From NCBI GenBank assembly GCA_963712115.1, contig CAVQGX010000030.1, positions 96,001 to 160,000 on the forward strand: a DNA stretch of 64,000 nt, written 5' to 3'. Source of the DNA: an uncultured delta proteobacterium (GTDB lineage Bacteria > Desulfobacterota > Syntrophobacteria > BM002). The translations under genes and the position numbers were made by a program. Under the pieces are notes generated by a model, which saw only the letters and a program-made list of their open reading frames with translations, had not been told where the DNA came from and ran no database searches. This document shows, piece after piece, positions 37,993 to 49,749 of the stretch (positions within the stretch are counted from its first letter, which is position 1; each line of letters begins with the position of its first letter).

Positions 37993-38925
37993 ATGGAATG
38001 CATATTACTCGGCAGCGGCGGCATGATGCCAATGCCGTATAGGCTTCTTACTTCACTGGCGGTTCGGTTCAATGGCAGAATCTACATTTTCGACGCCGGT
38101 GAAGGCACCCAGCTTGGATTGAAAAAAACCAAGATAGGCATACGCGGGTTGAATGTCCTGGCGGTGAGTCATCTCCACGCCGATCACTGTCTTGGCATTC
38201 CTGGCATTATGATGCTGAAGGCACAAATCGAGGACCCTGAACCACTCACCATAATAGGCCCCCCCGGAATCAAACAGTTCGTGGAACAAGCCCACGCTAA
38301 CCTTGGTTTCTTCTTGAATTTTACCGTTAGCTTTTTGGAATGGTCAGAGCAAAACAGTGAGGTGGCTTACGAAGATGGCAAGATTCGGATCATCTGGCAT
38401 CCACTAGAACACAGCCGCTTCTGCCTGGGTTATCGTTTAGAGGAATTAGATCGACCAGGAAAATTTAAACCTCACCTAGCTACATCCCTTGAAATTCCAA
38501 AGGGGTCTCTTTGGGGCAAATTGCAGCAAGGTGAGTCGATCACCCTTGAAGATGGCACGGAGATCTCACCCGAACAGGTTTTAGGTCAGCCAAGGAGGGG
38601 ACGCCATGTAGCCTATGTGGTAGACACCAGGCCTTCAAAGGGGGTTTACCGGCTCTGCCAAGATGCGGACATTGCTTTTATGGAAGGCATGTTCCTGCCT
38701 GAGCACTCTGAACATGCGGAGGCCAAGGGACACCTTACTGTGGTGGATGCAGCCCGCATTGCCGGCAGGGCTGGGGTACGTCGTGCTGTACTGGTTCACA
38801 TCAGCCCGCGCTATAATAGTGATGAGCTATCTCTTCTGGCAGAAGCAGCCAAATCTCGCTTTAACGGGGCGGAGGTTGGTGAAGACTTTAAAGTCTACCA
38901 GGTACCGTTGCCGGAAGATGATTAA
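37993..38925 (+). CDS. rnz: Ribonuclease Z
   Basis: LGSGGMMP, FDAGEGTQ, SHLHADH, exosite GKF..PKG..WGKLQ, HISPRY. Confidence 0.9.
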   Translation: MECILLGSGGMMPMPYRLLTSLAVRFNGRIYIFDAGEGTQLGLKKTKIGIRGLNVLAVSHLHADHCLGIPGIMMLKAQIEDPEPLTIIGPPGIKQFVEQAHANLGFFLNFTVSFLEWSEQNSEVAYEDGKIRIIWHPLEHSRFCLGYRLEELDRPGKFKPHLATSLEIPKGSLWGKLQQGESITLEDGTEISPEQVLGQPRRGRHVAYVVDTRPSKGVYRLCQDADIAFMEGMFLPEHSEHAEAKGHLTVVDAARIAGRAGVRRAVLVHISPRYNSDELSLLAEAAKSRFNGAEVGEDFKVYQVPLPEDD

Positions 38926-39104
38926 GAACGCATAGCGCAAAGCGCAGAGCGCAGAACGTCGCGATAGGTGATGGGTAATGGGTAATCGGTGAGAGGTAAC
39001 CTATAACCTATGACCTATAAACCATTACCCGGCGAAGCCGTGATTTGAACGATTTGACTAATTGACTAATCGACCAATCAACCAATTGACTAAATACGAA
39101 GGAA

Positions 39105-39281
39105 ATGCCTTTGAGTCGCAGAGGGCGATTTGGAAAATATGGAGACCTCAAGAGGAAATCGAGGCTGAGGGCGGCGCGACTTGCTAAGCGCAAGAGATTC
39201 GGAGCAAATGCGTATTTGCCTGGAGGGCGGAGGAAGGCAGCAGGCAGCGGGCAACGGGCAGCCGGCAAAGGGCGGAAGTGA
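39105..39281 (+). CDS. Putative 58-aa highly basic small protein (below the ORF-track cutoff)
   Basis: AAGGA RBS; MPLSRRGRFGKYGDLKRKSRLRAARLAKRKRFGANAYLPGGRRKAAGSGQRAAGKGRK; the C-terminal part runs into a repeat arm. Confidence 0.4.
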   Translation: MPLSRRGRFGKYGDLKRKSRLRAARLAKRKRFGANAYLPGGRRKAAGSGQRAAGKGRK

Positions 39282-39534
39282 GAGGGCAGAGTGTTTCAAG
39301 GCGAGAAAAGCGAGAAAGGCGAGTAAGGCATAGGGTATGGGGAAAAGCGGCAGGCAGTGTCGTTATCCGTTATTAGTTATTTGTTATTGGGGACATCTAA
39401 AGACAGCGAGTTAAGAACAGAGTTTCTGCGAATAACGGATAACAAATAACAAATAACATCTTATACCGCTCACTGCTTACCGCTTACGGCTTACGAAAAC
39501 TAATTGACCAGTTGACCAAACAGTAAGGAAAAGA

Positions 39535-39888
39535 ATGGGGAGAAAGCCGAATCCATTGCTGCAAGAGTTCTTGGACGAGGACCTTCCTCTGCCGGAAATT
39601 GACTGGCAAACAGTGCCACCAGGGGTGAACCCAATGGATGCCTGGGACATGTTTGACGAAAACATAGAGGGTTGGGTGCCTATTTGGTTTCCCACCGGTG
39701 ACCTATTAAGCGGTAAGACATTTACCGAGTTTGAGCGCGCCTATTTTTTTAACGACGACCTTGAAAGAATTCTGAAGGCCATGCGCCGCTGGCCTTTGTG
39801 GGGAAATCCAGTTCAAAAGAAGCAGGCGGTAGCAATTGCTCTTTTGCATTTGTATTGCGAAGTGAGCAGGCTTTGTGCGAAAGTCTAG
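39535..39888 (+). CDS. Hypothetical protein
   Basis: AAGGA RBS; 117 aa; W/P-rich. Confidence 0.7.
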   Translation: MGRKPNPLLQEFLDEDLPLPEIDWQTVPPGVNPMDAWDMFDENIEGWVPIWFPTGDLLSGKTFTEFERAYFFNDDLERILKAMRRWPLWGNPVQKKQAVAIALLHLYCEVSRLCAKV

Positions 39889-40133
39889 CCCAAAGCGGGC
39901 GGCGCTTTGGGCTGCAGGACGGGAGGTCGGGCGAGACGAGCGAGACGGGATCAAGGGTCAGAAGACAGAAGACAGAAGACAGAATGCCGCATTTCGGATT
40001 GCGGATTTCGGATTTGGGATGTGAGATGAGAAACGAGAAATACCGCTTACGGCCTACTGCTTACCACTTAAGAAAACAAATTGACTAATCAACGAATTGA
40101 CTAATTGACTTGACACGAGGCGGAGAGATGACG

Positions 40134-42692
40134 ATGTCGAACTTGTATTTTTGCAAATATTTCCCTGAAACCGTTGAGGAGGATAACTTCCTCCTTCCTG
40201 ATGCCAAACCCCAGTGGAATCCCTCCAGAGACATAATACTAACCCATGTCTACTTGGATCTTGTTTTTCAATTGGAAGGGAAGAAGCTGGCGGGAAAAGC
40301 AAAGATCGCCTTTGCCTCCATCAAAAAGGAACTGAAGAGCATTTTTTTCGACTGTTGCGAATTAAAAATCGAGCGAGTAACCTCCGAAAGCGGACAAGTG
40401 CTGAAATTCAAGCAGAACGATCGAGGTGTAAAGATATATTTAGCTGAGTCTATGGGCCGCGACCAAAGTAGTACGATTAACCTTGATTATCAGGTGGAGG
40501 ACCCACGGTTAGGACTATATTTTACTGGACCAGATGAGCACTATCCCGACAAGCACTGGCAGGTTTGGAGCCAGGGTCAGGACGAGGACAACAAATACTG
40601 GTTTCCCTGCGTGGATCACCCCAGGGAAAAAGTCACCAGCGAGATTAGGGTGAAAGTAGACAAACCTTACGTAGTGGTCAGCAACGGTGTACTCAGGGAT
40701 CGATATGAAGATGGGGATGGTCGGTTGGTATATCACTGGTCAATGGAAAAACCGCACAGTATCTACCTCATTAGCCTGGCCATTGGGAGTTTTACCGAAT
40801 TATCGGATTGTTTCGAAGATATTCCTCTATCTTTTTATGTGCCCGAAGGCCGCGAAGAGCAAGGTCAGCGATCTTTCGAGAAGACAGCTGAGATCATGCA
40901 ATTCTTTTCAGAGAAGACCGGCATCCGTTACCCCTATCCACAGTATTCGCAGGTGATTGCTCAAGACTTCATCTTTGGAGGTATGGAGAATACCACCGCT
41001 ACTACCTTGACAGAAATGACTTTGCATGATGAGAGGGCTCATCTCGATTTCACCAGTGAACATCTGGTGGCGCACGAGTTAGCGCATCAATGGTTTGGGG
41101 ATCTGGTCACCTCCAAAAGCTGGAGTCACAGCTGGCTCCATGAGGGTTTCGCTACCTATTTTGACCTGCTCTACACCGAGCACGCTAAAGGAGAAGATGA
41201 ATTCTATTACCGCTTGCTCGAGAATCGGGAGACCTATTTCGAAGAGCACGATTCGAAGTATAAGCGATCTATCGTAACTAACGTCTACAGCCAACCCATT
41301 GATCTCTTTGATATGCACCTATACCCAGGTAGTGCAGCCCGACTTCATATGCTTAGACGACTCCTGGGGGAGGAGGAATGGTGGGAAATTATCAACCTTT
41401 TTCTTAAGAAACATAGGGATTCGGTAGTGGAGACAGTTGATTTCGCCCGCTGCATTGAGGAGGTTACCGGTGACAATTACGACTGGTTTTTAGACCAGTG
41501 GTTTTTTAGGCCAGGTTTTCCCTTGCTTGAATGTTCTTTCGAGTATCAGGACAAAGAAAAGACTTTGGTTTTCCATCTCAAACAGAATCAGGATGGTGAA
41601 AAGGAACAGCCACCGTTCCGCTTTCAGCTAATTGTTCGGCTGGCAGATGACAAGGGGGGAGGGGAGGATGTCCGGCTACAGATAGATGAACGGGAGCACC
41701 ATTTCTACATCCCTGCAGCTCAAGAACCTTTTATGGTTCTAGTTGACCCTGAGGATAGCGTTTTAAAAAGGTTGAAATGGAAAGCAGATAGCGGAAAACT
41801 ATGCAATCAACTGAAAAAAGCTAAGAATGTGTTAAAGCGCATTGAAGCGGCTGCTGAATTGGCAAAGGTGGGCAGTCGTGAGGCAGTGGCTGCTTTGGAA
41901 GAGTCGATGCACCAGGACCCGTTTTGGGGAGTGTCAGCACGTGCTGCTAAGGCACTGGGTGAAATTCGCACAGAGAAAGCTATGAAGGCTTTGATTGGCG
42001 GACTGAAAATCTCACACCCGAAAGCGCGTCGTGCTGTGGTAAAAGCTCTCGGAAATTTCAAGGAAGAGCAAGCTTTCAAAGCCCTAAAGCCTCTGGCGAA
42101 GAAAGACCCTTCTTATTTTGTTGAGGCTGAGGCGGTTTACGCCATCGCCCGCACTAGGATAGAGGGCGCATTTGGAGTGCTCGAGAGTGCCCTGGCGAAG
42201 GACTCTTTCAATGAAGTAATTCGGTGCAAAGCATTGGAGGGGTTTGCGGAACTGGATGATGACCAGGCCCTGCCCATACTTTATGAACACTCCCGTTATG
42301 GCAAAGCAGAAATGGTTCGAGCACAGGCCCTGCGAACACTGGGTATGATGGGGAAAAGTAGACCCAATAACAGGGAGATTTTAGAGAAGATAGGTGACGC
42401 TTTCCGGGCCCCAAGCGGTCCCAGGTCTTTTCGTGCTAAGTTGGCTGGTATCCAGGCCCTGGAATCGCTGAATCGGGAGGATGGAATTCCCATTCTAAAG
42501 AGGGTGGCCGAGGCAGAGTTGGATGGCCGCCTTGTGCGCAATGCCAGAATGGCCATAAGAAAGATCGAGAAAGGCAAGGACAAGGGTGAGGCTATTCAAA
42601 AGCTGGAAAAGAGGTTGGACGATTTTGCGGAGGAAAACAAAAAGCTGAAGGATCGCCTGGATAGACTTGAGATGCAAGCCAGTGAGGAGTAG
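40134..42692 (+). CDS. M1 family aminopeptidase with C-terminal HEAT repeats and coiled coil
   Basis: GGMEN, HELAHQWFGD..WLHEGFA; HEAT repeats such as RAAKALG and RRAVVKALG. Confidence 0.92.
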   Translation: MSNLYFCKYFPETVEEDNFLLPDAKPQWNPSRDIILTHVYLDLVFQLEGKKLAGKAKIAFASIKKELKSIFFDCCELKIERVTSESGQVLKFKQNDRGVKIYLAESMGRDQSSTINLDYQVEDPRLGLYFTGPDEHYPDKHWQVWSQGQDEDNKYWFPCVDHPREKVTSEIRVKVDKPYVVVSNGVLRDRYEDGDGRLVYHWSMEKPHSIYLISLAIGSFTELSDCFEDIPLSFYVPEGREEQGQRSFEKTAEIMQFFSEKTGIRYPYPQYSQVIAQDFIFGGMENTTATTLTEMTLHDERAHLDFTSEHLVAHELAHQWFGDLVTSKSWSHSWLHEGFATYFDLLYTEHAKGEDEFYYRLLENRETYFEEHDSKYKRSIVTNVYSQPIDLFDMHLYPGSAARLHMLRRLLGEEEWWEIINLFLKKHRDSVVETVDFARCIEEVTGDNYDWFLDQWFFRPGFPLLECSFEYQDKEKTLVFHLKQNQDGEKEQPPFRFQLIVRLADDKGGGEDVRLQIDEREHHFYIPAAQEPFMVLVDPEDSVLKRLKWKADSGKLCNQLKKAKNVLKRIEAAAELAKVGSREAVAALEESMHQDPFWGVSARAAKALGEIRTEKAMKALIGGLKISHPKARRAVVKALGNFKEEQAFKALKPLAKKDPSYFVEAEAVYAIARTRIEGAFGVLESALAKDSFNEVIRCKALEGFAELDDDQALPILYEHSRYGKAEMVRAQALRTLGMMGKSRPNNREILEKIGDAFRAPSGPRSFRAKLAGIQALESLNREDGIPILKRVAEAELDGRLVRNARMAIRKIEKGKDKGEAIQKLEKRLDDFAEENKKLKDRLDRLEMQASEE

Positions 42693-43052
42693 GCAGAGGG
42701 CATAGGGCATGGGGATATGGGGCGAGACGAGAGGTCGGGGTGAAGAGAGTTCAGGTGATGGGTAACAGGCAGCAGGCAGTGTCGTTATCCGTTATTAGTT
42801 ATTTGTTATTCAGGAGAGCTGTCGCAATGAGCTGCCTTAACGATTTCAACGGCTTGAACGTCTTCAACGGTTTTAACGAATTGACTAGTCGACTAATTAA
42901 CTAATTAACGATTTAACGAGTTGACCAGAACCTGGAACTCAAAGGTAAATTCGGATGTCTTGTAAAGTAAGTGACTAACCAAGCCTGCCCTTGAATAGTT
43001 GGGTGGTTTCTATTATGCTGAAAACAAATTGCTATTTAGGAGGCCTAAGCCA

Positions 43053-43841
43053 TTGACCGTCAATATAGAGATTCTCTCAGAAGTTGAACTCCATGAACCT
43101 CTTCTCCTTGCAGCGTGGCCAGGAATGGGACACGTTGCTCTGAAAGCCTTTGTTTTCTTGCACGAGGCACTTAAGGCCCAGAACTTGGCGTTTGTTGAAG
43201 AGGCTGAATTTTTTCGTATCCCCGGCATCTCAATCCAGGATGGGTTAGTTCAGTCCACTCTTTTGCCCAAAAGCGGCTTCTACTATTCGAGGCGGGACGG
43301 TAAGGCAAACGATCTCTTGTTTTTCGTGGGTGATCAACAGCCGGTAGGCGGAAAGGAGTACCATCTGGCCTCTGCACTGCTGAATTTTGCTGGCAGCCTA
43401 GGAGTTAAGAAGGTCATAACCGCTGCTGCTATGCCGACTGCCATTAACCACTATCAGCCTTCTCAGGTATGGGTCACTGCCACACACCATAACCTTCTTT
43501 CTGATCTATCACCCTATTGCGAAAAAGTGCTGCGGGAGGGACAAATCTCCGGAATGAACGGGCTGCTGCTAGGAGTCGCAAAACAGTTGGGGATGGAGGG
43601 GTTTTGCCTATTGGGAGAGATACCCTTTTATACTACTGAGATTGAAAACCCAAAAGCCTCAATGTCTGTACTGCGAGTGCTGGGTAAGATTTTAGGCTTG
43701 CGGTTAGACTTGAGGGAATTGGAAGAGCTCGCAGAAGAGACGGAGAAGGAAATAGATAACTATCTACTTGAGCTGCAGCAACGGGAACAAGAGGAAGACA
43801 AGCAAACCGAAGATCAGGAGGGACCGGTTACAGTTCATTGA
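43053..43841 (+). CDS. PAC2 (proteasome assembly chaperone 2) family protein
   Basis: AAWPGMGHVA, GDQQP, GQISGMNGLLL, CLLGE..NPKA; AGGAGG RBS before TTG. Confidence 0.85.
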   Translation: MTVNIEILSEVELHEPLLLAAWPGMGHVALKAFVFLHEALKAQNLAFVEEAEFFRIPGISIQDGLVQSTLLPKSGFYYSRRDGKANDLLFFVGDQQPVGGKEYHLASALLNFAGSLGVKKVITAAAMPTAINHYQPSQVWVTATHHNLLSDLSPYCEKVLREGQISGMNGLLLGVAKQLGMEGFCLLGEIPFYTTEIENPKASMSVLRVLGKILGLRLDLRELEELAEETEKEIDNYLLELQQREQEEDKQTEDQEGPVTVH

Positions 43842-43988
43842 CGGTAAGCAGTAAGCAGTAAGCGGTGAGCAGAAGACAGAGATTAATATCAGAGAACTGA
43901 AGCAATACGTTAAGAAATACCCAAAGCTTAATCCGTGATTTGGCTTCTAATGCGCTTCAGTTCTTTTTTATTGTGTGGATGAAAGTCT

Positions 43989-44522
43989 ATGGTGCTTGAA
44001 GAAGAACAACAGGTTAGACTTTGGTTACAACTAGCCCATGAGGCTTACGGTGATCAGCAGGTACTGCGGGCCCTCCATTACTTCCACCGTGCTCTGGATT
44101 ATGCTCAAGAGAAAGGAATGAATGAGGAAACAGCCTCGGTGTGCCGGGACTTGGGATATGTTTACGCTCGAGAGGAGTCATTTGACAAGGCGCTCGCCTG
44201 CTTTGACCAGGGCTTGGCGATCACAGAGACCGAACTATCGATCCGAGCTGGGTTAATGGCCAACAAGGCGAGCGTGCTCGTCAGGTTAGGGGCATATCGC
44301 CCGGCATTAGAGCTGTTGGAAAAAAGTTCTGATTTGATTCGCACAGCACATAACGATTTTTCGAATGCGCCCGGAGAATTAGTTCACTCCTATGCTGCCA
44401 TGGTCAGAATGGCAGATGATCTGCGCAAGGTTGTTGACCTCCTCGACATGGGTGTTCGAGCGGATCGGATTCAGGTTGATATCAAACGGTATGAGCCACC
44501 GTGGTTTTCGGGTAAGCACTAA
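43989..44522 (+). CDS. Tetratricopeptide repeat protein
   Basis: ALHYFHRAL, LGYVY..ALACFDQGL, ALELLEKS. Confidence 0.8.
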   Translation: MVLEEEQQVRLWLQLAHEAYGDQQVLRALHYFHRALDYAQEKGMNEETASVCRDLGYVYAREESFDKALACFDQGLAITETELSIRAGLMANKASVLVRLGAYRPALELLEKSSDLIRTAHNDFSNAPGELVHSYAAMVRMADDLRKVVDLLDMGVRADRIQVDIKRYEPPWFSGKH

Positions 44523-44720
44523 GCAGAGGTCAGAGGTCGGAGATCAGAAGTCAGATTTCAGCTGGCAGCTCGCACCCGGCAGCTCGCAGGTTAGGTTAAT
44601 TAGAGAATTAGAGAATTGGGTAAGTCTCAGAAAACGTTACAGTTCACCGTTTACCTTTTACCATTCACTTAAACTAATCAACCAATCAACTAATTGACTA
44701 TTTAACTAACCGAAGAACAA

Positions 44721-45773
44721 ATGAAAAAAACCGCTCCAAGTAAAAAAACCTGCAACCTGATGCAGCAGGGCTATCGTCCAGGGAGTTGCCTTGTGGCGAC
44801 AGGAAACAAACGCCAGTTGGCCTGTGAGGCAACCCTGCGTCTACAGGAAGGTGAGTGGCAGCGTCTAATCACCAGCATGCATCTTTCCAGACCCGAAAAT
44901 TATTTCTCCATCTATCAATCAGGATGCAACCTTTCCTGTAGAAAGTGTCATTCCTGGTATTTCAGTAAAGAGGCAACAGGGGAGTGGCTCAGCCCCCATG
45001 ATATTTTTCTAAATGTAAAGAACTACGAGATGCAGGTAACACTCGTGGAGCCGAGGGAACGCTGTACAGCTTGGCATGCACACGAATCTTGCCACTGTTG
45101 CGGTTCCTGTGTTCTGACTGGTGAGAGGTCCCCTCGCTGTCCCGGGGTTTTAGAGCCTCAAGACATTAACATAAGTCCCCAGGGTTTTGGTCCGGCAAGA
45201 AATATCGTTGGTTTCACCGGTGGAGACCTCACCTGTCGCCCAGATTTTTACTCCCAGTGCGCTCAGCTTATCAAGGAAAATACCAACCTTTGGGTCCTTA
45301 TAGAAACGAACGGGTATGGATTGACTCCCGAGAATTTGGACATGCTGAGAGAGAGTGGTACTGACGGCTTCTGGCTCGACATCAAGGCCGAAAATTCAGA
45401 CCGACATCAGTGGCTAACAGGCTGCGACAACCAATGGATTCTACAACTGCCAGAGGAGATGCTTAAGAGGAATTTCGTTGTTGAAGTACTCTCCCTCTAT
45501 ATACCTGAGGTGGTGGAAGCTGAAGAGTTGGGAAGGATTGCCAGCCGTTTGGCCGCTGTTGATCCAACTATTCCTTTCACCATTCTGGCATTTTTTCCTC
45601 AATACAAGATGAAGGATGCACGAACTCCAACTGTTGAGGACATAGTCCGAGCTTACGAGAATGCTAAAGCTGCTGGACTCACAAGCATTAGGCTTGGTAA
45701 TTTGGGTGTGTTTGCTAAGACTGTGGAGGACTACCGTTATCTGGAAGAATATGTGGACAGTGATGCCTATTAA
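44721..45773 (+). CDS. Radical SAM protein (PFL-activase / AmmeMemoRadiSam-like)
   Basis: GCNLSCRKCH, extra CHCCGSC cluster, FTGGD, IETNG, LDIKA. Confidence 0.85.
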   Translation: MKKTAPSKKTCNLMQQGYRPGSCLVATGNKRQLACEATLRLQEGEWQRLITSMHLSRPENYFSIYQSGCNLSCRKCHSWYFSKEATGEWLSPHDIFLNVKNYEMQVTLVEPRERCTAWHAHESCHCCGSCVLTGERSPRCPGVLEPQDINISPQGFGPARNIVGFTGGDLTCRPDFYSQCAQLIKENTNLWVLIETNGYGLTPENLDMLRESGTDGFWLDIKAENSDRHQWLTGCDNQWILQLPEEMLKRNFVVEVLSLYIPEVVEAEELGRIASRLAAVDPTIPFTILAFFPQYKMKDARTPTVEDIVRAYENAKAAGLTSIRLGNLGVFAKTVEDYRYLEEYVDSDAY

Positions 45774-46102
45774 ACGCATAGCGCAAAGCGCATAGCGTCT
45801 CCATAGGTGATGGGGAATAGTTCACAGGTAATAGGTAATGAGTGATGGGTGAGAGGTCAGAGGACAGAATTTCGAATTTGGGATTGCGGATTTCGAAATG
45901 TTTGAAGGTCTCTACGATTCCTACGACTTCTGCGATTTGAACGAGATACTGCTGACCGCTTACTGCTTACCGCTTAAGAAGAGAATTGACTAATCAACTA
46001 ATCGACGAATTGACTAAAGCTGATAGGTTTGAAAAACATCTTGCGTCGATACGAAAATCTCGTTTAGAATTAAAGGCTAGTTAACAAATAGGGAGAAGAA
46101 GA

Positions 46103-46378
46103 ATGGGAAATTGGACAGTCAAGAAGGTGCCCATCACAGCTGACAGTGGAGATGTGGAGGAGCGTGAGGGTATAATTGAGGGTCAGGGCTCAGTCATGCT
46201 AGACGATTGTCCCTTCAAGCAAGAAGTTACAGATGCAACAGGGAAGGTGATCAAAGTTGAGTGCGCCGATGACACTGGAGTCAGAAAATGTGAACCTGAT
46301 GCGGAAGATTGTAAACTCCAACAGTGGATGGATTCGGTTAAAGCATTTATACGTCAAATCGATGTCGACGCCCTGTGA
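46103..46378 (+). CDS. Small acidic hypothetical protein with four cysteines
   Basis: GGGAG RBS; upstream TTGCGT..TAGAAT promoter-like sequence; downstream hairpin plus T run near 46430-46456. Confidence 0.65.
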   Translation: MGNWTVKKVPITADSGDVEEREGIIEGQGSVMLDDCPFKQEVTDATGKVIKVECADDTGVRKCEPDAEDCKLQQWMDSVKAFIRQIDVDAL

Positions 46379-46910
46379 AATTTGTGCCACTGCCCAACGG
46401 GGCATTAGTTTAGAAAGGAACGCGGGTCAGGAGTGTATCTCTCCCCCGCGTTTTTGGTCTCGAGCGCAAGGCGCATGGGCACTTCGCGCGGCAAGGCGGG
46501 AGGTCGGGATTAGCTGGAAAGGCGAAAAAGGGTTATCAGGTTATAGGTGACGGGTGAGAGGTCAGAGATCAGATGTCGGAGGTCAGAAGACAGACGACAG
46601 ATTTCAGCAGGCAGCAGCAGCAGGCAGAAGTCAGAGGACGGAGGTCTGAAGTCACTAGGACAGTTGTTCATAGTTCAGAGCGTTCAAAGTTTAAAGTTAG
46701 AACGAATTATAGGCTGATCTTTTGGGAAGTAACGTATAACAAATAACGAATAACATTTCGTGCGGTTTACCGTTTACCGTTCACGGTTTTACGACTTGAG
46801 CGACTTTAACGATTTCAACGATTTTAACGGTTTAACCGTTGACGGTTTGCTTTGCACCTTTTAAATTCAAACTATCGCCTCAAAGACTTGCACAAGTAGA
46901 GAAACCTTAA

Positions 46911-47984
46911 ATGAGAATCATACGGAGAGAAACGCATAAAATTCATGTTGGGAACGTTGCTGTTGGCGGCGATGCCCCAGTAGTAGTACAGTCCATGTGC
47001 AGTACTGACACTCGAGATATCCGCGCCTCCTTGCAGCAGATTAGCCGTCTGGCTGAGGTGGGTTGTGAACTTATTCGACTCGCCGTACTGGATGATAAGG
47101 CAGTAGAGGCCTTAAAAATCATTAAAGAGGAAGCTCCCATACCCCTCATCGCTGATATTCATTTTGATCATCGCCTCGCTCTAGGTGCACTAAAGGCGGG
47201 TGTGGATGGTTTGCGGATCAACCCCGGAAACATCGGCGGTGACAAAGCTGTGGCCAAAGTGGTACGGGCAGCCGCTGAGCGGAGGGTTCCCATTCGCATT
47301 GGGGTGAACTCCGGGTCTTTGGATAAGGACCTGCACCAGCGCTACGGCGGTGCCACCCCAGAGGCCATGGTGGAAAGTGCTCTTCGCCAGATACAATTAC
47401 TGGAATCCCTACAATTTCATGAGATCAAAATCTCCTTGAAGTCATCCGATGTTATGACCATGGTGGATTCTTACCGCCTCCTTGCTGACAAGGTTGCTTA
47501 CCCTCTGCATTTGGGTGTAACTGAAGCGGGGACTTTGATCAGTGGCACGGCGAAGTCAGCAATTGGCATTGGCCTGTTGCTGGCTGAGGGTATTGGTGAC
47601 ACTATTCGGGTATCGCTTACCAGTGACCCCATCGACGAGATAAAGGCCGCCTATGAAATCCTCAGGGCACTGAAGCTGCGGGAGAGAGGAGTAGAAGTAA
47701 TTTCCTGCCCCACCTGCGGTCGCTGCGAGATAGACATTATAGGTCTGACCCACGAAGTAGAGAAGCGGCTGTTAACGGTCAAAACCCCACTAAAGGTAGC
47801 TATCATGGGATGTGTGGTCAATGGACCGGGAGAGGCGAAGGAGGCAGATGTGGGCATTGCAGGTGGACGAGGCCAGGGAATTCTTTTCAAGAAAGGGGAG
47901 ATAGTCGAGAAGCTAGCTGAAGACGAGTTGATGCCCAGGCTTCTCAAGGAAATTTCGTCAATGGTTGATGAGGAGATTCTCTAG
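46911..47984 (+). CDS. ispG: (E)-4-hydroxy-3-methylbut-2-enyl-diphosphate synthase
   Basis: VQSM, ADIHFD, RINPGN, HLGVTEAG, SCPTCGR, MGCVVNGPGE. Confidence 0.97.
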   Translation: MRIIRRETHKIHVGNVAVGGDAPVVVQSMCSTDTRDIRASLQQISRLAEVGCELIRLAVLDDKAVEALKIIKEEAPIPLIADIHFDHRLALGALKAGVDGLRINPGNIGGDKAVAKVVRAAAERRVPIRIGVNSGSLDKDLHQRYGGATPEAMVESALRQIQLLESLQFHEIKISLKSSDVMTMVDSYRLLADKVAYPLHLGVTEAGTLISGTAKSAIGIGLLLAEGIGDTIRVSLTSDPIDEIKAAYEILRALKLRERGVEVISCPTCGRCEIDIIGLTHEVEKRLLTVKTPLKVAIMGCVVNGPGEAKEADVGIAGGRGQGILFKKGEIVEKLAEDELMPRLLKEISSMVDEEIL

Positions 47985-48015
47985 CGCTGCGCGCAGACGA
48001 CATCAAGTAAAAATC

Positions 48016-48114
48016 AGAGGTCAGAGATCAGATGTCGGAGGTCAGAAATCAGATGCTGGAGGTTAGGGCTAAAGCTGATTTCTGATCTCCGACTTCTGAC
48101 CTCTGTGATGGACG
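48016..48114. repeat. Gene-less GTCAGAG/CTCTGAC inverted arm pair
   Basis: Reverse complement of 21339-21416 plus a 21-bp (3x7) expansion; end 48087-48118 matches the cassette 3 end 28879-28910. Confidence 0.85.
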
Positions 48115-48181
48115 ATTTCAACGATTTCAACGGTTTAACTTTAGTTGATCTATTTTACACCATGCGGCATGGGGGAGGTAA

Positions 48182-49621
<1,440 letters not shown>

Positions 49622-49749
49622 CTGGCGAGACGCGCGAGACGCGCGAGACGTGAAAGAGCTGGAGTACTGGAGTTCTTTTACACTCGACCTCCAGTCTCGC
49701 CCGACCTCCCGTCTCGCTGTTTATGCGCCTCGCGCATAAAGAATTCGTT

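Noticed and set aside
46376-46408. Possible selenocysteine readthrough (TGA followed by a TGCCC-AACG-GGGCA hairpin, extension NLCHCPTGH)
   Set aside because: The hairpin is only 5 bp, the protein is not a recognised selenoprotein family, and no homolog alignment is available to show Cys at that position
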